A stretch of 64,000 nt of DNA from Podargus strigoides (taxonomy: Eukaryota): positions 14,400,861-14,464,860 of the forward strand of contig CM051638.1 of NCBI GenBank assembly GCA_028020825.1, in the 5' to 3' direction. Below the pieces are notes generated by a model. It did no database searches. It saw nothing but the letters and a program-made list of their open reading frames with translations, and was not told where the DNA came from. The first letter of the stretch is position 1; each line of letters begins with the position of its first letter. A program made the position numbers and the translations under genes. This document shows, piece by piece, positions 37,701 to 50,400 of this stretch.

Positions 37701-40700
37701 ACACAGTGGGTGAGGGAACCGTTTTGGGGGACAGCAGGCCTAGGGGGACACACACAGTGGGTGAGGGAACAATGTTGGGGGACAGCAGGCCTAGGGGCAC
37801 CCACACAGTGGGTGGGGAAACAGTGCTGGGGGACAGCAGGCCTAGGGGGGCACACACAGTGGGTGAGGGAACAGTTTTGGGGGACAGCAGGCCTAGGGGG
37901 ACACACACAGTGGGTGAGGGAACAGTGTTGGGGGACAGCAGGCCTAGGGGGACCCACACAGTGGGTTACGGAACAGTGCTGGGTGACAGCAGGCCTAGGG
38001 GGACACACACAGTTGGTGAGGAAAAAGTGTTGGGGGACAGCAGGCCTAGGGGGACACACAGAGTGGGTGGGGGAACAGTGGTGGGGGACAGCAGGCCTAG
38101 GGGGACACACACAGTGGGTGAGGGAACAGTGCTGGGGGACAACAGGCCTAGGGGGACACACAGAATGGGTGGGGAAACAGTGTTGGGGGACAGCAGTCCT
38201 AGGGGGACACACAGAGTGGGTGAGGGAAGAGTGCTGTGGGACAGCCGGCCTAGGGGGACCCACACAGTGGGTAAGGGAACATTGCTGGGGGACAGCAGGC
38301 CTAGGGGGACACACACAGTGGGTGAGGGAACAGTGTTGGGGGACAGCAGGCCTAGGGGGGCATACTCAGTGGGTGAGGGAACAGTGTTGGGGGACAGCAG
38401 GCCTAGGGGGACACACACAGTGGGTGAGGGAACAGTGCTGGGGGACAGCAGGCCTAGGGGGATACACACAGTGGGTGGGGAACCCGTACTGGGGGACAGC
38501 AGGCCTATGGGGACACACACAGTGGGTGAGGGAACAGTTTTGGGGGACAGCAGGCCTAGGGGGACCCACACAGTGGGTGGGGAAACAGTGCTGGGGGACA
38601 GCAGGCCTAGGGTGGCACACACAGTGGGTGAGGGAACAGTTTTGGGGGACAGCAGGACTAGGGGGACACACAGAGTGGGTGAGGGTACAGTGGTGGGGGA
38701 CAGCAGTCCTAGGGGGACACACAGAGTGGGTGAGGGAACTGTGCTTGGGGACAGCAGGCCTAGGGGGACACACACAGTGGGTGAGGGAACAGTGTTGGGG
38801 GACAGCAGGCCTAGGGGTCATACTCAGTGGGTGAGGGAACAGTGTTGGGGGACAGCAGGCCTAGGGGGACGAACACTGACTGAGAGAACAGTGTTGGGGG
38901 ACAGTAGGCCTACGGGGACACACAGAGTGGATGAGGGAACAGTCCTGGGGGAATGCAGGCCAAGGGGGACACCCACAGTGGGTGAGGGAGCAGTGCTGGG
39001 GGAATGCAGGCCTAGGGGGATACCCAGAGTGGGTCAGGGAACAGTGCTGGGGGACAGCAGGCCTAGGGGGACACACAGAGTGGGTGAGGGAACACTGCTG
39101 GGGGACAGCAGGCCTAGGGGGACACACGCACTTGGTGAGGGAACCGTGCTGGGGGACAGCAGGCCTAGGGGGACACACACAGTGGGTGAGGGAACAGTGC
39201 TGGGGCACAGCAGGCCTAGGGGGACACACAGAGTGGGTGAGGGAACAGTGCTGGGGGACAGCAGGCCTAGGGGGACACACACAGTGGGTGAGGTATTAGT
39301 GCTGGGGGACTGCAGGCCTAGGGGGACACACACAGTGGGTGAGGGAACAGTGCTGCGGGACAGCAAGCCTAGGGGGATACACACAGTGGGTGGGGAACCC
39401 GTACTGGGGGACAGCAGGCCTAGGGGGACACACACAGTGGGTGAGGAAACAGTTTTGGGGGACAGCAGGCCTAGGGGGACACACACAGTGGGTGAGGGAA
39501 CAATGTTGGGGGACAGCAGGCCTAGGGGGACCCACACAGTGGGTGGGGAAACAGTGCTGGGGGACAGCAGGCCTAGGGGGCACACACAGTGGGTGAGGGA
39601 ACAGTGCTGGGGGACAGCAGGCCTAGGGGGACACACAGAGTGGGTGAGGGAACAGTGGTGGGGGACAGCAGTCCTAGGGGGACACACAGAGCGGGTGAGG
39701 GAACTGTGCTTGGGGACAGCAGGCCTAGGGGGACACACACAGTGGGCGAGGGAACAGTGCTGGGGGACAGCAGGCCTAGGGGGACACACAGAGTGGGTGA
39801 GGAAACAGTGTTGGGGGACAGCAGTCCTAGGGGGACACACAGAGTGGGTGAGGGAAGAGTGCTGGGGGACAGCCGGCCTAGGGGGACCCACACAGTGGGT
39901 AAGGGAACATTGCTGGGGGACAGCCGGCCTAGGGGGACGAACACTGAGTGAGAGAACAGTGTTGGGGGACAGTAGGCCTAGGGGGACACACAGAGTGGAT
40001 GAGGGAACAGTCCTGGGGGAATGCAGGCCAAGGGGGACACCCACAGTGGGTGAGGGAACAGTGCTGGGGGACAGCAGGCCTAGGGGGACACACACAGTGG
40101 GTGCGGGAACAGTGCTGGAGGACAGCAGGCCTAGGGGGACACACAGAGTGGGTGAGGGAACAGTGTTGGGGGACAGCAGGCCTAGCGGGACACACACAGT
40201 GGGTGAGGGAACAGTGTTGGGGGACAGCAGGTCTAGGGGGACACACAGAGTGGATGAGGGAACAGTGCTGTGGGACAGCAGGCCTAGGGGGACCCACACA
40301 GTGGTGTAGGGAACAGTGCTGGGTGACAGCAGGCCTATTGGGACACACAGAGTGGGTGAGGGAACAGTGCTGGGGGACAGCAGGCCTAGGGGGACACACA
40401 CAGTGGGTGAGTGATTAGTGCTGGGGGACTGCAGGACTAGGGGGACACAACGAGTGGGTGAGGGAACAGTGCTGGGGGACAGCAAGCCTAGGGGGATACA
40501 CACAGTGGGTGGGGAACCAGTGCTGGGGGACAGCAGGCCTAGGGGGACACACACAGTGGGTGAGGGAACAGTTTTGGGGGACAGCAGGCCTAGGGGGACA
40601 CACACAGTGGGTGAGGGAACAATGTTGGGGGACAGCAGGCCTAGGGGGACCCACACAGTGGGTGGGGAAACAGTGCTGGGGGACAGCAGGCCTAGGGGGG

Positions 40701-41450
40701 CACACACAGTGGGTGAGGGAACAGTTTTGGGGGACAGCAGGCCTAGGGGGACACACACAGTGGGTGAGGGAACAGTGTTGGGGGACAGCAGGCCTAGGGG
40801 GACCCACACAGTGGGTTAGGGAACAGTGCTGGGTGACAGCAGGCCTAGGGGGACACACAGAGTGGGTGGGGGAACAGTGGTGGGGGACAGCAGGCCTAGG
40901 GGGACACACACAGTGGGTGAGGGAACAGTGCTGGGGGACAGCAGTCCTAGGGGGACACACAGAATGGGTGAGGAAACAGTGTTGGGGGACAGCAGTCCTA
41001 GGGGGACACACAGAGTGGGTGAGGGAAGAGTGCTGGGGGACAGCCGGCCTAGGGGGACCCACACAGTGGGTAAGGGAACATTGCTGGGGGACAGCAGGCC
41101 TAGGGGGACGCACACTGACTGAGAGAACAGTGTTGGGGGACAGTAGGCCTAGGGGGACACACAGAGTGGATGAGGGAACAGTCCTGGGGGAATGCAGGCC
41201 TAGGGGGACACCCACAGTGGGTGAGGGAACAGTGCTGCGGGAATGCAGGCCTAGGGGGACACCCAGAGTGGGTCAGGGAACAGTGCTGGGGGACAGCACG
41301 CCTAGGGGGACACACACAGTGGGTGCGGGAACAGTGCTGGAGGACAGGAGGCCTAGGGGGACACACACAGTGGGTGAGGGAAAAGTGTTGGGGGACAGCA
41401 GGCCTAGGGGGACACACACAGTGTGTGAGGGAACAGTGTTAGGGGACAGC
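34800..41450. repeat. Tandem ~4.1-4.3-kb duplication within domain 2 (34.8-37.1 kb matches 38.9-41.45 kb)
   Basis: ORF matches: 34859→38931, 35173..35460 = 39296..39583, 35216..35473 = 39339..39596, 36489..36788 = 40816..41115 and 36843..37115 = 41170..41442. Confidence 0.6.
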
Positions 41451-44400
41451 AGGCCTAGGGGGACACACACAGTGGGTGAGGGAACAGTGTTGGGGGACAG
41501 CAGGTCTAGGGGGACACACAGAGTGGGTGAGGGAACAGTGCTGTGGGACAGGAGGCCTAGGGGGACCCACACAGTGGTGTAGGGAACAGTGCTGGGTGAC
41601 AGCAGGCCTATTGGGACACACAGAGTGGGTGAGGGAACAGTGTTGAGGGACAGCAGGCCTAGGGGGACACACAGAGTGGGTGAGGGAACACTGCTGGTTG
41701 ACAGCAGGCCTAGGGGGATACACAGAGTGGGTGAGGGAACAGTGTTGGGGAACAGCAGGCCTAGGGGGACACACAGAGTGGGTGAGGGAACAGTGCTGGG
41801 GGACAGCAGGCCTAGGGGGACACACACAGTGGGTGAGGGAACAGTGCTGGGGCACAGCAGGCCTAGGGGGACACACAGAGTGGGTGAGGGAACAGTGCTG
41901 GGGGACAGCAGGCCTAGGGGGACACACACAGTGGGTGAGGGATTAGTGCTGGGGGACTGCAGGACTAGGGGGACACACAGAGTGGGTGAGGGAACAGTGC
42001 TGGGGGACAGCAAGCCTAGGGGGATACACACAGTGGGTGGGGAAGCAGTGCTGGGGGACAGCAGGCCTAGGCGGACACACACAGTGGGTGAGGGAACAGT
42101 TTTGGGGGACAGCAGGCCTAGGGGGACACACACAGTGGGTGAGGGAACAATGTTGCGGGACAGCAGGCCTAGGGGCACCCACACAGTGGGTGGGGAAACA
42201 GTGCTGGGGGACAGCAGGCCTAGGGGGACACACACAGTGGGTGAGGGAACAGTTTTGGGGGACAGCAGGCCTAGGGGGACACACACAGTGGGTGAGGGAA
42301 CAGTGTTGGGGGACAGCAGGCCTAGGGGGACCCACACAGTGGGTTACGTAACAGTGCTGGGTGACAGCAGGCCTAGGGGGACACACACAGTTGGTGAGGA
42401 AAAAGTGTTGGGGGACAGCAGGCCTAGGGGGACACACAGAGTGGGTGGGGAAACAGTGGTGGGGGACAGCAGGCCTAGGGGGACACACACAGTGGGTGAG
42501 GGAACAGTGCTGGGGGACAACAGGCCTAGGGGGACACACAGAATGGGTGAGGAAACAGCGTTGGGGGACAGCAGTCCTAGGGGGACACACAGAGTGGGTG
42601 AGGGAAGAGTGCTGGGGGACAGCCGGCCTAGGGGGACCCACACAGTGGGTAAGGGAACATTGCTGGGGGACAGCAGGCCTAGGGGGACGCACACTGACTG
42701 AGAGAACAGTGTTGGGGGACAGTAGGCCTAGGGGGACACACAGAGTGGATGAGGGAACAGTGCTGCGGGAATGCAGGCCTAGGGGGACACCCACAGTGGG
42801 TGAGGGAACAGTGCTGCGGGAATGCAGGCCTAGGGGGACACCCAGAGTGGGTCAGGGAACAGTGCTGGGGGACAGCAGGCCTAGGGGGACACGCACAGTG
42901 GGTGCGGGAACAGTGCTGGAGGACAGGAGGCCTAGGGGGACACACACAGTGGGTGAGGGAAAAGTGTTGGGGGACAGCAGGCCTAGGGGGACACACACAG
43001 TGGGTGAGGGAACAGTGTTAGGGGACAGCAGGCCTAGGGGGACACACACAGTGGGTGAGGGAACAGTGTTGGGGGACAGCAGGTCTAGGGGGACACACAG
43101 AGTGGGTGAGGGAACAGTGCTGTGGGACAGGAGGCCTAGGGGGACCCACACAGTGGTGTAGGGAACAGTGCTGGGTGACAGCAGGCCTAGTGGGACACAC
43201 AGAGTGGGTGAGGGAACAGTGTTGGGGGACAGCAGGCCTAGGGGGACACACAGAGTGGGTGAGGGAACACTGCTGGTTGACAGCAGGCCTAGGGGGACAC
43301 ACGCAGTTGGTGAGGGAAACGTGCTGGGGGACAGCAGGCCTAGGGCGACACACACAGTGGGTGAGGGAACAGTGTTGGGGGACAGCAGGCCTAGGGGGAC
43401 ACACACAGTGGGTGAGGAAAGAGTGCTGGGGCACAGCAGGCCTAGGGGGACACACACAGGGTGTGAGGGATCAGTGTTGGGGCACAGCAGGCCTAGGGGG
43501 ACACACAGAGTGGGTGAGGGAAGAGTGTTGGGGAATAGCAGGCCTAGGGGGACACGCACAGTGGGTGAGGGAACAGTGCTGGGGGACAGCAGGCCTAGGG
43601 GGACACACACAGTGGGTGAGGAAACAGTTTTGGGGGACAGCAGGCCTAGGGGGACACACAGAGTGGGTGAGGGAACAGTGGTGGCGGATAGCAGGCCTAG
43701 GGCGACACACACAGTGGGTGAGGGAATAGTGCTGTGGGACAGCAGGCCTAGGGGGACCCACACAGTGATGTAGGGAATAGTGCTGGGTGACAGCAGGCCT
43801 AGGGGGACACACAGAGCGGGTGAGGGAACAGTGCTGGGGGACAGCAGGCCTAGGGGGACACACGCAGTTGGTGAGGGAACCGTGCTGGGGGACAGCAGGC
43901 CTGGGGGGATACACACTGTGGGTGAGGGAACAGTGTTGGGGGACAGCAGGCCTAGGGGGACACACAGAGTGGGTGAGGGAACACTGCTGGGGGACAGCAG
44001 GCCTAGGGGGACACACGCAGTTGGTGAGGGAACCGTGCTGTGCGACAGCAGGCCTAGGGGGACACACACAGTGGGTGAGGGAACAGTGCTGGGGCACAGC
44101 AGGCCTAGGGGGACACACAGAGTGGGTGAGGGAACAGTGCTGGGGGACAGCAGGCCTAGGGGGACACACAGAGTGGGTGAGGGATTAGTGCTGGGGGACT
44201 GCAGGCCTAGGGGGACACACACAGTGGGTGAGGGAACAGTGCTGGGGGACAGCAGGCCTAGGGGGATACACACAGTGTGTGGGGAACCCGTATTGGGGGA
44301 CAGCAGGCCTAGGGGGACACACACAGTGTGTGAGGGAACAGTTTTGGGGGACAGCAGGCCTAGGGGGACCCACACAGTGGGTGGGGAAACAGTGCTGGGG

Positions 44401-47400
44401 GACAGCAGGCCTAGGGGGGCACACACAGTGGGTGAGGGAACAGTTTTGGGGGACAGCAGGCCTAGGGGGACACACAGAGTGGGTGAGGGAACAGTGGTGG
44501 GGGACAGCAGTCCTAGGGGGACACACAGAGTGGGTGAGGGAACTGTGCTTGGGGACAGCAGGCCTAGGGGGACACACACAGTGGGTGAGGGAACAGTGTT
44601 GGGGGACAGCCGGCCTAGGGGGGCATACTCAGTGGGTGATGGAACAGTGTTGGGGGACAGCAGGCCTAGGGGGATGAACACTGACTGAGAGAACAGTGTT
44701 GGGGGACAGTAGGCCTAGGGGGACACATAGAGTGGATGAGGGAACAGTCCTGGGGGAATGCAGGCCAAGGGGGACACCCACAGTGGGTGAGGGAGAAGTG
44801 CTGGGGGAATGCAGGCCTAGGGGGACACCCAGAGTGGGTGAGGGAACAGTGCTGGGGGACAGCAGGCCTAGGGGGACACACACCCTTGGTGAGGTTACAG
44901 TGCTGGGGGACTGCATGCCTAGGGGGACACACAGAGTGGGTGAGGGAACAGTGTTGGGGGACAGCAGGCCTAGGGGGACACACAAAGTGGGTGAGGGAAC
45001 AGTGCTGGGGGACAGCAGGCCTAGGGGGACACACAGAATGGGTGAGGAAACAGTGTTGGGGGACATCAGTCCTAGGGGGACACACAGAGTGGGTGAGGGA
45101 AGAGTGCTGGGGGACAGCCGGCCTAGGGGGACCCACACAGTGGGTAAGGGAACATTGCTGGGGGACAGCAGGCCTAGGGGGACACACACCCTTGGTGAGG
45201 TTACAGTGCTGGGGGACTGCATGCCTACGGGGACACACAGAGTGGGTGAGGGAACAGTGTTGGGGGACAGCAGGTCTAGGGGGACACACAGAGTGGGTGA
45301 GGGAACAGTGCTGGGGGACAGCAGGCCTAGGGGGACACACGCAGTTGGTGAGGGAACCGTGCTGGGGGACAGCAGGCCTGGGGGGATACACACTGTGGGT
45401 GAGGGAACAGTGTTGGGGGACAGCAGGCCTAGGGGGACACACAGAGTGGGTGAGGGAACACTGCTGGGGGACAGCAGGCCTAGGGGGACACACGCAGTTG
45501 GTGAGGGAACCGTGCTGTGCGACAGCAGGCCTAGGGGGACACACACAGTGGGTGAGGGAACAGTGCTGGGGCACAGCAGGCCTAGGGGGACACACAGAGT
45601 GGGTGAGGGAACAGTGCTGGGGGACAGCAGGCCTAGGGGGACACACAGAGTGGGTGAGGGATTAGTGCTGGGGGACTGCAGGCCTAGGGGGACACACACA
45701 GTGGGTGAGGGAACAGTGCTGGGGGACAGCAGGCCTAGGGGGATACACACAGTGTGTGGGGAACCCGTATTGGGGGACAGCAGGCCTAGGGGGACACACA
45801 CAGTGTGTGAGGGAACAGTTTTGGGGGACAGCAGGCCTAGGGGGACCCACACAGTGGGTGGGGAAACAGTGCTGGGGGACAGCAGGCCTAGGGGGGCACA
45901 CACAGTGGGTGAGGGAACAGTTTTGGGGGACAGCAGGCCTAGGGGGACACACAGAGTGGGTGAGGGAACAGTGGTGGGGGACAGCAGTCCTAGGGGGACA
46001 CACAGAGTGGGTGAGGGAACTGTGCTTGGGGACAGCAGGCCTAGGGGGACACACACAGTGGGTGAGGGAACAGTGTTGGGGGACAGCCGGCCTAGGGGGG
46101 CATACTCAGTGGGTGATGGAACAGTGTTGGGGGACAGCAGGCCTAGGGGGATGAACACTGACTGAGAGAACAGTGTTGGGGGACAGTAGGCCTAGGGGGA
46201 CACATAGAGTGGATGAGGGAACAGTCCTGGGGGAATGCAGGCCAAGGGGGACACCCACAGTGGGTGAGGGAGAAGTGCTGGGGGAATGCAGGCCTAGGGG
46301 GACACCCAGAGTGGGTGAGGGAACAGTGCTGGGGGACAGCAGGCCTAGGGGGACACACACCCTTGGTGAGGTTACAGTGCTGGGGGACTGCATGCCTAGG
46401 GGGACACACAGAGTGGGTGAGGGAACAGTGTTGGGGGACAGCAGGCCTAGGGGGACACACAAAGTGGGTGAGGGAACAGTGCTGGGGGACAGCAGGCCTA
46501 GGGGGACACACAGAATGGGTGAGGAAACAGTGTTGGGGGACATCAGTCCTAGGGGGACACACAGAGTGGGTGAGGGAAGAGTGCTGGGGGACAGCCGGCC
46601 TAGGGGGACCCACACAGTGGGTAAGGGAACATTGCTGGGGGACAGCAGGCCTAGGGGGACACACACCCTTGGTGAGGTTACAGTGCTGGGGGACTGCATG
46701 CCTACGGGGACACACAGAGTGGGTGAGGGAACAGTGTTGGGGGACAGCAGGTCTAGGGGGACAAACAGAGTGGGTGAGGGAACAGTGCTGTGGGACAGGA
46801 GGCCTAGGGGGACCCACACAGAGTGGGTGAGGGAACACTGCTGGTTGACAGCAGGCCTAGGGGGACACACGCAGTTGGTGAGGGAACCGTGCTGGGGGAC
46901 AGCAGGCCTAGGGGGACACACACAGTGGTTGAGGGAACAGTGCTGGGGGACAGCAGGCCTAGGGGGACACACACAATGGGTGAGGGAACAGTGCTGGGGA
47001 ACAGCAGGCCTTGGGGGACACAAAGAGTGGTTGAGGGAACAGTGCTGGGGGACAGCAGGCCTTGTGGGGGTCACACAGTGGGTGAGGGAATAGTGCTGTG
47101 GGACAGCAGGCCTAGGGGGACCCACACAGTGGTGTAGGGAATAGTTCTGGTTGAGAGCAGGCCTAGGGGGACACACAGAGCGGGTGAGGGAACAGTGCTG
47201 GGGGACAGCAGGCCTAGGGGGACACACAGAGTGGGTGAGGGAACACTGCTGGGGGACAGCAGGCCTAGGGGGACACACGCAGTTGGTGAGGGAACCGTGC
47301 TGGGGGACAGCAGGCCTAGGGGGACACACACAGTGGATGAGGGAACAGTTCTGGGGCAGAGCAGGCCTAGGGGGACACACAGAGTGGGTGAGAGAACAGT

Positions 47401-50400
47401 GCTGGGGGACAGCAGGCCTAGGAGGACACACACAGTGGGTGAGGGATTAGTGCTGGGGGACTGCAGGCCTAGGGGGACACACACAGTGGTGTAGGGAACA
47501 GTGCTGGGTGACAGCAGGCCTATTGGGACACACAGAGCGGGTGAGGGAACACTGCTGGGGGACAGCAGGCCTAGCGGGACACACAGAGTGGGTGAGGTTA
47601 CAGTGCTGGGGGACTGCATTCCTAGGGGGACACACAGAGTGGGTGAGGGAACACTGTTGGGGAACAGCAGGCCTAGGGGGCCACACAGAGTGGGTGAGGG
47701 AACACTGCTGGGGGACAGCAGGCCTAGCGGGACACACAAAGTGGGTGAGGGAACAGTGCTGGGGCACAGCAGGCCTAGGGGGACACACAGAGTGGGTGAG
47801 GGAACAGTGCTGGGGGACAGCAGGCCTAGGGGGACACACACAGCGGGTGAGGGATTAGTGCTGGGGGACTGCAGGCCTAGGCGGACACACACATTGGGTG
47901 AGGGAACAGTGTTGGGGGACAGCAAGCCTAGGGGGGCACACACAGTGGGTGACGGAACAGTTTTGGGGGACAGCAGGCCTAGGGGGACACACACAGTGGG
48001 TGAGGGAACAGTGTTGGGGGACAGCAGGCCTAGGGGGACCCACACAGTGGGGTAGGGAACAGTGCTGGGTGACAGCAGGCCTACGGGGACACACACAGTT
48101 GGTGAGGGAACAGTGGTGGGGGACAGCAGGCCTAGGGGGACACACAGAGTGGGTGAGGGAACAGTGCTGGGGGACAGCAGGCCTTAAGGGACACACAGAG
48201 TGGGTGAGGGTACTGTGCTTGGGGACAGCAGGCCTAGGGGGACGCACACTGGGTGCGGGAACAGTGTTGGGGCACAGCAGTCCTTGGGGGACACACAGAG
48301 TGGGTGAGGGAACAGTGCTGGGGGACAGCAGGCCTAGAGGGACACACACAGTGGGTGAGGAAACAATGTTGCGGGACAGCAGGCCTAGGGGGACACACAC
48401 AGTGGGTGAGGGAACAGTGCTGGGGGACAGCGGCCTAGGGGGGCACACACAGTGGGTGAGGGAACAGTGTTGGGGGACAGCAGGCCTAGGGGGACACACA
48501 GAGTGGGTGAGGGAAAACTGCTGGGGGACAGCAGGCTAGGGGGACACACGCAGTTGGTGAGGGAACCGTGCTGGGGGACAGCAGGCCTAGGGGGACACAC
48601 ACAGTGGGTGAGGGAACAGTGCTGGGGCAGAGCAGGCCTAGGGGGACACACAGAGTGGGTGAGGGAACATTGCTGGGGGACAGCAGGCCTATGGGGACAC
48701 ACGCAGTAGGTGAGGGAACCGTGCTGGGGGACAGCAGGCCTAGGGGGACCCACACAGTGGGTGAGGGAACAGTGCTGGGGGACAGCAGGCCTAGGGGGAC
48801 ACACAGAGTGGGTGAGGGAACAGTGCTGGGGGACAGCAGGCCTAGGGGGAAACACAGAGTGGGTGAGGGAACAGTGTTGGGGGACAGCAGTCCTAGAGGG
48901 ACACACAGAGTGGGTGAGGGAACGGTGCTTGGGGACAGCAGGCCTAGGGGGACACACACAGTGGGTGAGGGAACAGTGCTGGGGGACAGCAGGCATAGGG
49001 GGACACACAGAGTGGGTGAGGGAACAGTGCTGGGGGACAGCAGGCCTTAGGGGACACACAGAGTGGGTGAGGGAACTGTGCTTGGGGATAGCAGGCCTAG
49101 GGGGACACACACAGTGGGTGAGGGAACAGTGCTGGGGAGCAGCAGGCCTAGGGGGACACACACAGTGGGTGAGGGAAGAGTGCTGGGGGACAGCCGGCCT
49201 AGGGTGACCCACAGAGTGGGTGAGGGAACAGTGCTGGGGGACAGCAGGCCTAGGGGGAAACACAGAGTGGGTGAGGGAACAGTGTTGGGGGACAGCAGTC
49301 CTAGAGGGACACACAGAGTGGGTGAGGGAACGGTGCTTGGGGACAGCAGGCCTAGGGGGACGAACACTGACTGAGAGAACAGTGTTGGGGGACAGTAGGC
49401 CTAGGGGGACACTCAGAGTGGATGAGGGAACAGTCCTGGGGGAATGCAGGCCAAGGGGGACACCCACAGTGGGTGGGGGAGAAGTGCTGGGGGAATGCAG
49501 GCCTAGGGGGACACCCAGAGTGGGTCAGGGAACAGTGCTGGGGGACAGCAGGCGTAGGGGGACACACACAGTGGGTGAGGGAACACTGCTGGGGGACAGC
49601 AGGCCTAGGGGGACACACACCCTTGGTGAGGTTACAGTGCTGGGGGACTGCATGCCTAGGGGGACACACAGAGTGGGTGAGGGAACAGTGTTGGGGGACA
49701 GCAGGCCTACGGGACACACACAGTGGGTGAGGGAACAGTGTTGGGGGACAGCAGGTCTAGGGGGACACACAGAGTGGGTGAGGGAACAGTGCTGTGGGAC
49801 AGCAGGCATAGGGGGACCCACACAGTGGTGTAGGGAACAGTGCTGGGTGACAGCAGGCCAATTGGGACACACAGAGTGGGTGAGGGAACACTGCTGTGGG
49901 ACAGCAGGCCTAGCGGGACACACAGAGTGGGTGAGGTTACAGTGCTGGGGGACTGCATTCCCAGGGGGACCCACACAGTGGGGTAGGGAACAGTGCTGGG
50001 TGACAGCAGGCCTAGGGGGACACACACAGTTGGTGAGGGAACAGTGGTGGGGGGACAGCAGGCATAGGGGGACACACCGAGTGGGTGAGGGAACAGTGCT
50101 GGGGGACAGCAGGGCCTTAGGGGACACACAGAGTGGGTGAGGGAACTGTGCTTGGGGATAGCAGGCCTAGGGGGACACACACAGTGGGTGAGGGAACAGT
50201 GCTGGGGAGCAGCAGGCCTAGGGGGACACACACAGTGGGTGAGGGAAGAGTGCTGGGGGACAGCCGGCCTAGGGGGACCCACACAGTGGGTAAGCGAACA
50301 TTGCTGGGGGACAGCAGGCCTAGGTGGGCATACTCAGTGGGTGAGGGAACAGTGCTGGGGGACAGCAGGCCTAGGGGGACACACACAGTGGGTGAGGGAA

